From Clostridia bacterium (GTDB taxonomy: Bacteria > Bacillota > Clostridia > Lachnospirales > Anaerotignaceae): DNA of 64,000 nucleotides. This document shows, in pieces, positions 18,539 through 27,992 of this stretch. The position numbers and the translations under genes are program-made. Under the pieces are notes generated by a model. The model ran no database searches. It saw nothing but the letters and a program-made list of their open reading frames with translations, and was not told the origin of the DNA. Within the stretch, counting starts at the first letter, position 1; every line of letters begins with the position of its first letter. The DNA lies in the NCBI GenBank assembly GCA_022651385.1, contig JALCQR010000003.1, positions 56,967-120,966 on the forward strand. The letters run 5' to 3'.

Positions 18539-19528
18539 TTATTCTGTGTATGCTATTTCATTTTCACATGTGCCGCCTTCTTCAAAACACTTAAGGTTTT
18601 CACATGTTGTCTCGGCAATTGCCTGAAGTGACTCTTCGGTGAAGAATGCCTGATGACTTGTTACAATTACATTTGGATACGTTACAAGTTTTATAAGGTC
18701 CTCATCTTTAATAATGTCAAGAGACCTGTCCTCAAAGAAATACTCGTCTTCTTCCTCATATACATCAAGAGCAACTCCTCTGAATTTATTTGCTTTAAGA
18801 CCGGCAATAAGAGCCTCTGTATCTATAAGAGCGCCTCTCGAAGTATTTATAAGTATAACACCGTCTTTCATTTTTGAAATTGAGTTTTTATTAATAATGT
18901 ATTTGCTGTCCGGTGAAAGAGGTACGTGAAGCGATATAACGTCGCTTTTTTTAAGAAGCTCATCAAGAGATACATAATTTACATCAAGATTTGGGTCTGG
19001 GAAAAGGTCATATGCCAAAATATTCATTCCAAGTCCTTTTACAATATCAATCATAACCTTACCTATTTTTCCCGTTCCTATGATACCTATTGTTTTTCCT
19101 CTTAAAGTAATACCCATAAGCCCGCTTATTTTAAAGTTAAATTCCTTTGTGCGGACATAAGCTTTATGTATTTTTCTGTTTAAAGTAAGAAGAAGTGCAG
19201 CGGCATACTCGGCAACAGCCGTTGGAGAATAGCTTGGTACCCTGAATACGGAAATTCCGAAATCTTTGCATGCTTTAAGGTCTATATTATCATATCCGGC
19301 ACATCTCATAAGTATAACTTTAATACCGATATCAGCAAGCTTTTCAATTGTTTCTCTATTTATAATGTCATTGACAAAAAGACACACAGCGTCACAGCCT
19401 GTTGCAAGAGTTTCTGTACCGGGTATAAACCTTGTCTCAAAAAATTTAAGCTCAAAACCATACTGCGGTGCCAATTTTTCAAAGTAAATTCTATCATAGT
19501 CCTTTGTATCATAAAATGCAATCTTCAT
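18539..19528 (-). CDS. D-isomer-specific 2-hydroxyacid dehydrogenase (D-lactate dehydrogenase-like), copy 1
   Basis: MKIAFYDTKDYD..., GIIGTGKIGK NAD-binding motif, SRGALID, and TSHQAFFT with the catalytic His. Start trimmed to the Met behind a GGAGGC RBS. Confidence 0.85.
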   Translation of the reverse strand: MKIAFYDTKDYDRIYFEKLAPQYGFELKFFETRFIPGTETLATGCDAVCLFVNDIINRETIEKLADIGIKVILMRCAGYDNIDLKACKDFGISVFRVPSYSPTAVAEYAAALLLTLNRKIHKAYVRTKEFNFKISGLMGITLRGKTIGIIGTGKIGKVMIDIVKGLGMNILAYDLFPDPNLDVNYVSLDELLKKSDVISLHVPLSPDSKYIINKNSISKMKDGVILINTSRGALIDTEALIAGLKANKFRGVALDVYEEEDEYFFEDRSLDIIKDEDLIKLVTYPNVIVTSHQAFFTEESLQAIAETTCENLKCFEEGGTCENEIAYTE

Positions 19529-19635
19529 AATTATGCCTCCTGATATATTATCGTCTAAAAAATAACAATTCATTCGTCTAATAATATACATCATAGTTAA
19601 ATAATTGTCAATATTATTTTGAGTTTTTTCATAAG

Positions 19636-19676
19636 AAATAGCAAAATCAGGTGGTTAAACCACCATACCACCTGAT
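19636..19676 (-). terminator. hairpin terminator after the second dehydrogenase paralogue
   Basis: GGUGGUUUAACCACC, nested in AUCAGGUGG...CCACCUGAU, followed by a U-rich run on the minus strand. Confidence 0.45.
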
Positions 19677-19778
19677 AATAGAAAATATATATAGTTATGT
19701 TAAATAAAAGCTCTGGCTATAAGTTGTTTTTTTAACAAGTAAATTTGCCATAATTTTTTAAAGATTGATATTAATTTA

Positions 19779-20777
19779 TCATTTTTTCGTATATTCTTCA
19801 GATACCTTGTTTTTCATTTCAAGTCCCTGTTCAAATTCCTTAAGATTATCGCATGTAACCTGAGCTATTGCTTCCATTGATTCATCTGTAAAAAAGGCCT
19901 GATGGCTTGTTACAATTACATTCGGGTATGCCATAAGTTTTATTAGGTCCGTGTCCTTAATTATCTCCTGAGACTTGTCCTCAAAGAAATATTTGTCTTC
20001 CTCCTCATATACATCAAGAGCAACTCCTCTGAATTTGTTTGCCACAAGTCCGTCAATTAAAGCGTCAGTATCGACAAGAGCACCTCTTGATGTATTTATA
20101 AGTATTACGCCGTCTTTCATTTTTGAAATGCTGTTTTTGTTTATTAAATATTTTGTGTCTTTGGTAAGCGGGCAATGTATAGTTATAACATCGCTTCTGT
20201 TAAATAAGTCGTCAAGCGATGTATACTCAACATCCAAATTTTCATCAGGATATAAGTCGTTTGCCAAAACTTCCATTCCGTATCCTTTTAGTATTTCCAC
20301 CATTATTTTGCCTATTTTTCCGGTGCCTATAATTCCGGCCGTTCTTCCTCTTAAAGTCACTCCCATAAGACCGTTTATTTTGAAGTTAAACTCTCTTGTT
20401 CTCATATAAGCCTTGTGTATCCTTCTGTTCAGTGTAAGCATAAGCGCTGACGCGTATTCTGCAACGGCTGTGGGGGAATAACTGGGTACACGCAAAACCG
20501 TAATATTTTTTTCTTCGCAGGCTTTTAAATCAACATTGTCATATCCGGCACATCTTAAAAGTATAACTTTTATGCCGTATTCAGAAAGCTTGTCTATTGT
20601 TTCTTTATCAGCATTGTCGCTCACAAAAATGCAGATAGCGTCACAGCCGTCTGCCAATACAGCTGTAGAAGCATTAAGCCTGCTTTCATAATATATTATA
20701 TCAAAACCATACTGCGGCGCTATTTTATCAAAATAAATTCTGTCATATTCCTTTGTGTCATAAAATGCAATTTTCAT
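19779..20777 (-). CDS. D-isomer-specific 2-hydroxyacid dehydrogenase (D-lactate dehydrogenase-like), copy 2
   Basis: 332 aa, collinear with copy 1 over its full length, with the same motifs. Confidence 0.85.
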   Translation of the reverse strand: MKIAFYDTKEYDRIYFDKIAPQYGFDIIYYESRLNASTAVLADGCDAICIFVSDNADKETIDKLSEYGIKVILLRCAGYDNVDLKACEEKNITVLRVPSYSPTAVAEYASALMLTLNRRIHKAYMRTREFNFKINGLMGVTLRGRTAGIIGTGKIGKIMVEILKGYGMEVLANDLYPDENLDVEYTSLDDLFNRSDVITIHCPLTKDTKYLINKNSISKMKDGVILINTSRGALVDTDALIDGLVANKFRGVALDVYEEEDKYFFEDKSQEIIKDTDLIKLMAYPNVIVTSHQAFFTDESMEAIAQVTCDNLKEFEQGLEMKNKVSEEYTKK

Positions 20778-20903
20778 ATCAATACCTCCTGATTTGTTTT
20801 ATATTATTATGCACAAATGGAAATAAAATTATTTTTCAAAAGCCGGAAATTACTAACCTTCCGAAATAACATTATATTTCAAAATGTTTTAAAATTTTAA
20901 ATA

Positions 20904-20937
20904 AAAAAAGACCATAGGAATTCCTATGGTCTTTTTT
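20904..20937 (-). terminator. bidirectional hairpin terminator after prs
   Basis: AAAAAAAGACCATAGG-AATT-CCTATGGTCTTTTTTT. Confidence 0.7.
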
Positions 20938-20941
20938 TATA

Positions 20942-21904
20942 TTATACATCAAAAAGTTTTGAGATTGATTCACCTGTATGGATACAGTTTATTGCTGATG
21001 AAAACATATCTGCAACAGAAACAACCTTTATATTGGAAAGAAGTTTTTCTTCAGGTAGTTCTATTGTATTAAGAACAAGAAGTTCCTCAATTGCAGATTT
21101 TTCAATTCTTTCAAGAGCCGGGCCTGAAAGTACAGCATGTGTACAGCAAGCGTCTACCTCAAGAGCACCCTTTTCTTTAAGAGCGTTTGCAGCATTTGTA
21201 ATTGTGCCTGCCGTATCAATCATATCGTCAACAAGAATAAGTCTTTTTCCTTCAATGTTTCCGATAATATTCATTATTTCACTTACATTAGCCTTTGGCC
21301 TTCTCTTGTCGATTATAGCAAGCGGTATATCAAGTCTTGTTGCAAAATTTCTTGTTCTTCCAACACTACCAAGGTCAGGTGATACAGCAACAAAATCTTT
21401 AAGCTCATCACCATATTTTTTTAAGTAATAGTCTGTAAGAAGTGGTGCTCCTGCCAGGTTATCCACAGGAATATCAAAAAATCCCTGTATCTGTGCGCAG
21501 TGTAGGTCCATTGTAAGAACTCTGTTTGCGCCTGCAACTGTTAAAAGATTAGCGACAAGTTTTGCACTGATTGGGTCGCGTGCTCTTGCCTTTCTGTCTT
21601 GACGTGCATAGCCGTAATATGGCATTACTGCTGTTATCCTCTCTGCAGATGCCCTTTTCATAGCATCAATCATTATAAGAAGTTCCATAAGATTGTCGTT
21701 TACAGGACTGGATGTTGACTGAATAATATATACATCAGCACCTCTAATAGTTTCGTCAATCTTTACTGAAATTTCGCCATCGCTGAAATGTCCTACTTCA
21801 CACTCACCCAGCTTAAGTCCAAGTTTTTCTGCAATCTCAGCCGCTAAAGCCGGATTTGCGTTACAAGAGAAGATTTTTATATTACTTCTGCCTGTATACA
21901 TCAT
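20942..21904 (-). CDS. prs: ribose-phosphate pyrophosphokinase
   Basis: 320 aa with the YARQDRK and [11 protein letters not shown] motifs and the [15 protein letters not shown]-binding loop. Confidence 0.93.
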   Translation of the reverse strand: MMYTGRSNIKIFSCNANPALAAEIAEKLGLKLGECEVGHFSDGEISVKIDETIRGADVYIIQSTSSPVNDNLMELLIMIDAMKRASAERITAVMPYYGYARQDRKARARDPISAKLVANLLTVAGANRVLTMDLHCAQIQGFFDIPVDNLAGAPLLTDYYLKKYGDELKDFVAVSPDLGSVGRTRNFATRLDIPLAIIDKRRPKANVSEIMNIIGNIEGKRLILVDDMIDTAGTITNAANALKEKGALEVDACCTHAVLSGPALERIEKSAIEELLVLNTIELPEEKLLSNIKVVSVADMFSSAINCIHTGESISKLFDV

Positions 21905-22005
21905 AAGATTTGTTCCTCCTTACAAACGTTTTGGTTAATAATACCCTAATATGATATACCTCAATAATGCAAAATTCAAGAAAATTTTACAAAATTATTA
22001 CTTTA

Positions 22006-23367
22006 TTAATGTTTTTTAACCCAACCGTCAAGATTAATCTGTCTCTGTCTTGCAACTGCAAGCGCATCTTCAGGAACTTCTTTTGTTATAGTAGAACCTG
22101 CTGCAACATATGAGCCCTTTTTCAAAGTTACAGGTGCAACAAGGTTTGCATTGCATCCTATAAATACATCATCTTCAATTGTTGTTCTGTATTTTTTCTT
22201 TCCGTCATAGTTAACGGTTACTGTGCCGCAGCCGAAGTTTATGCCTTCTCCGGCATCGGTATCGCCTACATAAGTAAGATGTGAAATTTTAGTTCCGTTT
22301 CCGATTGTGGAATTTTTAAGCTCAACAAAATCGCCGACTTTTATGTTTTCACCTACATGGCAGTTCGGCCTGATATATGCAAACGGTCCTACCTTTGTTC
22401 CGCTTCCTATAGTTGACTCCATAGCCACAGTGTACTGTATAGTAACATCCGGAGCAATTTCCATATCAGTAAGACGACAGTTTGGCCCAACAGTGCAGCC
22501 TTCACCGATTTTTGTATTGCCCTCAATTACACATCCCGGATATATTATAGTATCCATGCCAATTTCTACGTCATCATCTATAAATGTTGTTTCAGGATTA
22601 ATGATTGTCACGCCGTTTTGCATATGATTTTCATTTATTTTCTTCCTTAATATATGCGAAACATCAGCAAGCTGAATTCTGTTGTTTACTCCGAAAAATT
22701 CTGTTTCATCGTCTGTTGCCATAGCATTTACTTTTTCACCGTTTGAAAGTATTATTTCCAAAGCATCAGGAAGATAATACTCTCCTTGAGCATTATTGTT
22801 ATTTATTTTCGACAGAGCGTACTTAAGGCTTTTTCCCTTAAAAACATATATGCCAGAATTTATCTCCTTTACTTCTTTTTCTTCAGAAGTTGCATCTTTA
22901 TATTCAACGTTTTTTACAAAAGCACCGTTTTTATCTCTGATTATATGCCCATAGCCTTCTGAATTTTCAACAACAGCCGAAATTATGGAAACGCCGTTAT
23001 CTTCTTTTCTATGAAACTCAACAAGCTTTTTAAGAGTAGCGGAAGTTATAAGGGGCGTATCACCATACAGAACAAGTACGTCTTTGTTTTCATCAATGAA
23101 TTTTTCAGCCTGCATAACAGCATGTCCCGTTCCAAGCTGTTTTTCCTGTACAACAAAGTCTGCACCCATGTCTTTAACAGCTTCCTGCACCATTTCATGT
23201 TTATGTCCTGTAACCACGCATATTTTTTCAGCACCTGTTTCAAAAGCTGTATTCAAAACACGCTCAATCATAGTCTTTCCGCATATTTTATGTAGCACTT
23301 TAGGGAGCCTTGATTTCATTCTTGTTCCCTCTCCTGCTGCAAGAATTATTGCATTTAGATTTTTCAA
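22006..23367 (-). CDS. glmU: bifunctional UDP-N-acetylglucosamine pyrophosphorylase / glucosamine-1-phosphate N-acetyltransferase
   Basis: NAIILAAGEGTRMKS followed by C-terminal left-handed beta-helix hexapeptide repeats. I favour the TTG at 23367, 8 nt after AAGGAGG. The track start (23376) is too close to the RBS. Confidence 0.92.
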   Translation of the reverse strand: MKNLNAIILAAGEGTRMKSRLPKVLHKICGKTMIERVLNTAFETGAEKICVVTGHKHEMVQEAVKDMGADFVVQEKQLGTGHAVMQAEKFIDENKDVLVLYGDTPLITSATLKKLVEFHRKEDNGVSIISAVVENSEGYGHIIRDKNGAFVKNVEYKDATSEEKEVKEINSGIYVFKGKSLKYALSKINNNNAQGEYYLPDALEIILSNGEKVNAMATDDETEFFGVNNRIQLADVSHILRKKINENHMQNGVTIINPETTFIDDDVEIGMDTIIYPGCVIEGNTKIGEGCTVGPNCRLTDMEIAPDVTIQYTVAMESTIGSGTKVGPFAYIRPNCHVGENIKVGDFVELKNSTIGNGTKISHLTYVGDTDAGEGINFGCGTVTVNYDGKKKYRTTIEDDVFIGCNANLVAPVTLKKGSYVAAGSTITKEVPEDALAVARQRQINLDGWVKKH

Positions 23368-23416
23368 AATTAACAACCTCCTTTATATACACATATGATT
23401 AAATCATATTTCCAAG

Positions 23417-23449
23417 CAAAAATCAACCCGAACGATATAATCATTCGGG
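23417..23449 (-). terminator. intrinsic terminator after the ABC ATPase gene
   Basis: Minus strand reads CCCGAAUGA-UUAUA-UCGUUCGGG followed by UUGAUUUUUG. Confidence 0.6.
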
Positions 23450-23499
23450 CATATAATTTTTAATAAACCTATAAATGAGGCACTAATACTTTTACTTTT

Positions 23500-24294
23500 T
23501 CAGCTTAAAAGCACTCTGTCGTTTGACATATCCTGACCGCTTGCTTTCTCAAACATCATCAAAAGGTCACCCACTTCAAGATTTTTCTTCTTTTCTTCTT
23601 TTAAATCAAGCAACACATTTCCGTTATGCATCATCATAAGTCTGTTTCCATATTTAATAGCATCCCTCATATTATGCGTTACCATAAGAGCTGTGAGCTT
23701 ATCTTCGGCAACTATTTTTCTTGTAAGGTCAAGAACCTTCTTTGCAGTTTTCGGGTCAAGAGCCGCAGTATGCTCATCAAGAAGCAGAAGTTTAGGTTTT
23801 GTCATCGTTGCCATTATAAGTGTTACGGCCTGTCTCTGTCCTCCTGAAAGAAGCCCTGCTTTCTCGCTCATTCTGTTTTCAAGTCCGAGGTCCAATTCCT
23901 CAAGGTAAGTACGAAACTTATCTTTTTCGTCATGGGTTATGCCTTTTTTTAAGCCTCTTTTTTGTCCCCTTCTTAAAGCCATTGCAAGATTTTCCTCAAT
24001 AGACATATTTGTTGCAGTACCCATTCTCGGGTCCTGAAACACCCTGCCTATATATTTTGCCCTTTTATGTTCCGGAAGTTTTGTAACATCATGTCCGTCA
24101 ATTATTATTTTTCCGGAATCGACAAAAAAGAGTCCGGCTATAGCATTTAAAATAGTTGATTTTCCGGCACCGTTTCCGCCTATTACCGTTACAAAATCAG
24201 CTTCATCCATACTGAAATTGACACGGTCAAGAGCCATTTTTTCATTTGCCGTCCCTTTTGAGAAAATTTTTCTTACATTAATCATATCAAGCAT
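23500..24294 (-). CDS. ABC transporter ATP-binding protein
   Basis: Walker A GGNGAGKST, signature LSGGQRQ, Walker B LLLLDEHTAALD. Start trimmed to MLDMINVRK. The upstream part of the track ORF overlaps the permease gene. Confidence 0.85.
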   Translation of the reverse strand: MLDMINVRKIFSKGTANEKMALDRVNFSMDEADFVTVIGGNGAGKSTILNAIAGLFFVDSGKIIIDGHDVTKLPEHKRAKYIGRVFQDPRMGTATNMSIEENLAMALRRGQKRGLKKGITHDEKDKFRTYLEELDLGLENRMSEKAGLLSGGQRQAVTLIMATMTKPKLLLLDEHTAALDPKTAKKVLDLTRKIVAEDKLTALMVTHNMRDAIKYGNRLMMMHNGNVLLDLKEEKKKNLEVGDLLMMFEKASGQDMSNDRVLLS

Positions 24295-25219
24295 TCTGCT
24301 CACCGGCTTTCCTTGCCTTAACTTTTTTTGCAGAATGTAAAGTATCTGTAAGCGCTGAAATCTTTTCCTTAAAAAGCGGAAGCGACAGACAAACGGCAAG
24401 CAATACGGATGACAATAATTTAACATCCGTAGGCACAAGTCCTTTTGCAAGCACAACGGCTATTATTATTCTATATATAATTGAGCCGAACACAACCGAA
24501 ATAAGGCTTCTTAAAATTGAGCTGCTGCCGAAAAGCACTTCGCCTATTATAACAGAAGCAAGACCGATTACGATTGTTCCTGTGCCCATTCCAATATCGG
24601 CGTAACCGTTATACTGCGCCATTATGCCTCCGGAAAGCGACACAAGTCCGTTTCCTATCGAAAGACCAAGAATAACCATCCCATTTGTGTTTACGCCAAG
24701 AGCTCTTATCATAGACATATTGTCTCCTGTAGCTCTTAATGCATAGCCTTTTTCCGTGCTTAAAAACCATGTAAGTATTGCTATTACAATACTCACTGAA
24801 ACAAGCCCCACTATTATTACGGCAATATTATTTTTAATACCAAGTCCGGTTACAAAAGTAATAAGCGTGCTTACTTTTAAAAGAGGAATATTGGCTTTTC
24901 CCATTATTCTCAGATTAACCGAATAAAGCCCAGTCATTGCAAGTATACCGCTTAAAAGAGGCGGTATTTTAAGCTTGGTATTTAAAAATCCCGTTACAAA
25001 TCCGGCAGCCATTCCGCATATCATAGCCAAAAAAGTTGCAAGAAATGGGTTCATTCCGGCAATAATACCACTTGCGGCTACTGCGGCTCCAAGAGGATAT
25101 GCTCCCTCTGTTGTAAGGTCTGCAAAATCAAGTATTTTATATGTTATAAACACACCTAAAGCCAATATGGACCACATAAGTCCCTGTGAAAACGCACCGA
25201 TAATGATACTCAGCTTCAT
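24287..25219 (-). CDS. ABC transporter permease (branched-chain/sugar-type inner-membrane component fold)
   Basis: 310-aa polytopic membrane protein, translationally coupled to the ATPase. Confidence 0.78.
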   Translation of the reverse strand: MKLSIIIGAFSQGLMWSILALGVFITYKILDFADLTTEGAYPLGAAVAASGIIAGMNPFLATFLAMICGMAAGFVTGFLNTKLKIPPLLSGILAMTGLYSVNLRIMGKANIPLLKVSTLITFVTGLGIKNNIAVIIVGLVSVSIVIAILTWFLSTEKGYALRATGDNMSMIRALGVNTNGMVILGLSIGNGLVSLSGGIMAQYNGYADIGMGTGTIVIGLASVIIGEVLFGSSSILRSLISVVFGSIIYRIIIAVVLAKGLVPTDVKLLSSVLLAVCLSLPLFKEKISALTDTLHSAKKVKARKAGEQNA

Positions 25220-25254
25220 AATTCAAGTCACCTTTCTTTATTTTTATATATATG

Positions 25255-25283
25255 ATTGTAGTATCATTGCAATTTATTGTCAA
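25255..25283 (-). promoter_or_regulatory. strong sigma-A-like promoter for the ABC permease/ATPase operon
   Basis: Minus strand reads TTGACA, 17-nt spacer, TACAAT, about 30 nt upstream of the permease ATG. Confidence 0.5.
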
Positions 25284-25481
25284 TCTTTTTCAACGATTTA
25301 AAGTATAACAATTTAAAGCGTTTAACGGTAAAAGTTTAAATTATTAAAGTGAAAACGAAATTTTTGGTAATCTGATCAACATAATTTTTATAATAAATAA
25401 AATTTAATGCAAATTTTAAGTTGAAAGTGTTTACGTTTGTGTTAAAATATAATAAAATAAGCTTTGAAAGGGGTGCATGTT

Positions 25482-26009
25482 ATGGATAGGATATCAATTT
25501 CTAAGGGCGACATCGTCAGAATGAAAATCGAAGCCATAGTCAATGCTTCAAACACTTCACTTTTGGGAGGAGGAGGTGTTGCCAGCAGTATACAGAAATA
25601 CGCTGGTGATGAATACATGCAGGCATGCATTGCTCTTGGAGGCTGCAACACCGGAGAAGCTAAAATAACACCGGGCTTTAAACTTAATGCCAAATATGTA
25701 ATCCATACTGCCGGACCAATATGGAGAGGCGGAAACAAAGGTGAACCGGAGCTGCTTAAAAATTGCTATGACAACTGCCTGGATCTGGCTGTTAAAAACC
25801 ATATTAAATCAATTGCTTTTCCTTCAATAAGTACAGGCGTATATCGTTATCCTGTGGAACTTGCAATAAAGATTGCTCTTAAGGAAATCATTACTTTTTT
25901 GAAAGTACATCCTGAACTTGAAAAAGTTGTAATAGTATGCAATGATGAAAGGACAACAAGACTTTATAAAAATTATTTAAAAAAAATTGAAACACAAAAT
26001 TTGTTTTAA
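25482..26009 (+). CDS. macro-domain protein (O-acetyl-ADP-ribose deacetylase-like)
   Basis: ISKGDIVRMKIEAIVNASNTSLLGGGGV...IHTAGP...SIAFPSISTGVY motifs. Start trimmed to MDRIS behind AAAGGGGTG. Confidence 0.85.
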   Translation: MDRISISKGDIVRMKIEAIVNASNTSLLGGGGVASSIQKYAGDEYMQACIALGGCNTGEAKITPGFKLNAKYVIHTAGPIWRGGNKGEPELLKNCYDNCLDLAVKNHIKSIAFPSISTGVYRYPVELAIKIALKEIITFLKVHPELEKVVIVCNDERTTRLYKNYLKKIETQNLF

Positions 26010-26013
26010 TATT

Positions 26014-26043
26014 GCGTGCCGATTATAGCGGCACGCTTTTTTT
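26014..26043 (+). terminator. intrinsic terminator after the macro-domain gene
   Basis: GCGTGCCG-ATTATA-GCGGCACGC followed by TTTTTTT. Confidence 0.7.
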
Positions 26044-26192
26044 ATTAAAAAAACTTATCATTTGTTTATTTAGTATTATCAGAACTTTTTTTACTTTTAA
26101 TTTTAAACATGGCAATAAAAAATTTAAGTCACATTATGTAGATTGGTGATTTTTTTGTTGACAGCCTGTCCTCAAAAACATCGCAAATTCAG

Positions 26193-26222
26193 TTATCCAC
26201 AGAGTTATCCACTTTATCCACA
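26193..26222 (+). promoter_or_regulatory. cluster of three head-to-tail DnaA boxes
   Basis: TTATCCACA (26193-26201), TTATCCACT (26205-26213) and TTATCCACA (26214-26222). Two match the 9-mer consensus perfectly and one matches 8 of 9. Confidence 0.6.
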
Positions 26223-26306
26223 TATATGTGAAATTATTTTGTACACATATTTACAGTTTATCTAATGTAATTTTTTTTATTTTACTCAAAAATATTTAGA
26301 AAAAAA

Positions 26307-26336
26307 GAAGGATTTTAACTGCTTGTATGGAATATT
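26307..26336 (+). promoter_or_regulatory. sigma-H-type promoter candidate for hpf
   Basis: AAGGATTT, 14 nt, GAATATT, matching the AGGAwww / GAAT pattern. B. subtilis hpf (yvyD) is known to be sigma-H/sigma-B dependent. Confidence 0.35.
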
Positions 26337-26401
26337 ATGTAGTAAGCAACAAAATTAAAAGCGAAGCAATGTAAAGTGCTTCTCTGAAAGGAGCTGATAG
26401 T

Positions 26402-26953
26402 ATGACATACACTATCCACAGCAGAAACTTTGAAATCGGCGAAAAAACGAGGACTAAAATTGAAGAAAGAGTAAAAAAACTTGAAAAGCTCTTTCCTTCA
26501 AACGCCCATCCTGTGATAGGAATAGCTCTTGAAAAATCATCATATACCGCAGAAATCACTCTTATGATAGCAAAAAGGATTGTAAGAGCGGAAATGTCTG
26601 ACATTGATATGATGGCGGCCCTTGACAAAGCCTGTGAGACTATTGAAAAACAGATTGTCAGGTATAAAGGCCGTATGCGTATCAAGATGAGAAAAAACGG
26701 TGCTTTCAAAGCTGAGTATGATTCTATCCCTATTAATGAAGAGGATCTTCTTTCCGATGAAACAAATGAAATTCATATCGAAAAGAACAAGAAGTTTGAG
26801 CTTAGGCCTATGGACCCTGAAGAGGCAGTTATGCAAATGGAACTTCTTGACCATACATTCTTTGTTTTCATGAACGATGAAACAAGTGAAGTTAACGTTG
26901 TATATAAGAGGAAAAACGGTACATATGGCCTAATTGAACCTGATAACCGCTGA
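26402..26953 (+). CDS. hpf: ribosome hibernation-promoting factor, long form
   Basis: 183 aa. N-terminal sigma-54-modulation/RaiA-like domain plus a C-terminal dimerisation domain ([27 protein letters not shown]). Confidence 0.92.
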   Translation: [183 protein letters not shown]

Positions 26954-27039
26954 TTATACTAATATGATTACTTGTTTATTGTGACGATTTTGTTGTTTGA
27001 CAAAATGTATTTTGCATAAAAAGTTTGGAGATGATTCCG

Positions 27040-27780
27040 ATGGGTAAGAAAATTTCAGCGCTGTTAATCTCAGCCGCATTGGTTGTTGGTATGTGTGTAC
27101 CATCTTTTGCGGCAGACGCGCCGAGTAACACGATATCAGTTGCAGGAAAAGGAGTTGTTTCGGTAGAGCCTGATACAGCTGTAATGGATTTTACAATTGA
27201 AACCGACGGCAGCAATGCTTCTCAGGCACAGAGCAAAAATTCAGAAATTTTCAATAAAGTATCAGAAACACTTGAAAATGCCGGAATATCAAAAGATAAC
27301 ATTAAAACATCCTATTACTATGTCTATCCTAAATATAAGTATGATGACGATGGTAATGAAACTTTAATTGGTTATGAGGCAACTAATTCTTTTGAGGTTA
27401 CAACCACAGATAAAGATAACGTTGGAAAATATATTGATATAGCCCTTAAAGCAGGTGTTACGCAAAACGGCGGTGTCTCATTTAAAATATCACAGCCAGA
27501 GAAATATTATAGTGAGGCTCTTGCCGATTCTATACAAAATGCGCGTTTGTCGGCCGAGACCATAGCAAAATCCCTTGGAAAGACTCTTGGTTCCCCTATT
27601 TCGGTAACTGAATTGGGTGACGGCAATGCCTATAATGTATATAATAAAGGCAGTGGAAAATATGTTGCTGGAGGAGCTGGTTCTTCCGCAGTAGAGGATT
27701 CTGGTTCTAGTTATGTTGATATAGGTTATGACAAAATTGATGTAACTGCAAATGTGACTGTAGTTTATTCGTTTAATTAA
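27040..27780 (+). CDS. secreted SIMPL/DUF541-domain protein
   Basis: Signal peptide MGKKISALLISAALVVGMCVPSFA, then ISVAGKGVVSVEPDTA, typical of DUF541. Confidence 0.78.
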   Translation: MGKKISALLISAALVVGMCVPSFAADAPSNTISVAGKGVVSVEPDTAVMDFTIETDGSNASQAQSKNSEIFNKVSETLENAGISKDNIKTSYYYVYPKYKYDDDGNETLIGYEATNSFEVTTTDKDNVGKYIDIALKAGVTQNGGVSFKISQPEKYYSEALADSIQNARLSAETIAKSLGKTLGSPISVTELGDGNAYNVYNKGSGKYVAGGAGSSAVEDSGSSYVDIGYDKIDVTANVTVVYSFN

Positions 27781-27838
27781 CTTTTAACACTTAAAATTCA
27801 ATACTATAATAATCTTAACGATAGGCATAGTAATTTTT

Positions 27839-27874
27839 AGGCATTATATTTTTAAAAAATATAATGCCTTTTTA
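27839..27874 (+). terminator. intrinsic terminator after the SIMPL gene
   Basis: AGGCATTATAT-loop-ATATAATGCCT followed by TTTTTATT. Confidence 0.65.
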
Positions 27875-27992
27875 TTGTATTAAATAATTTTATTATTTGT
27901 TAGTCCCCTTACATATATGTTAAAAATTGACTTTTTCATGGAAAATGATATACTATTTAAAGAATATAAGCATATAAAGAGGAGGAGAATTA

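Noticed and set aside
20807-20815. Single near-consensus DnaA box (TTATGCACA) upstream of the second dehydrogenase gene.
   Set aside because: It is an isolated 8-of-9 match, which is expected by chance in AT-rich DNA.
25220-26401. Possible chromosomal replication origin: a minus-to-plus gene-orientation switch, AT-rich spacers and three DnaA boxes.
   Set aside because: - No dnaA, dnaN or rpmH lies nearby.
- There are only three boxes, in a single orientation.
- Genes revert to the minus strand from 31.3 kb onward.
- The glmU-prs-pth-mfd order and orientation point to an origin lying further to the right, outside this window.

I treated it as an accessory DnaA-box cluster instead.
26040-26401. 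raiA-motif ncRNA, which is often found next to hpf/raiA in Clostridia.
   Set aside because: The spacer is extremely AT-rich and has no GC-rich multi-stem structure that I can see. A covariance-model scan would settle it.
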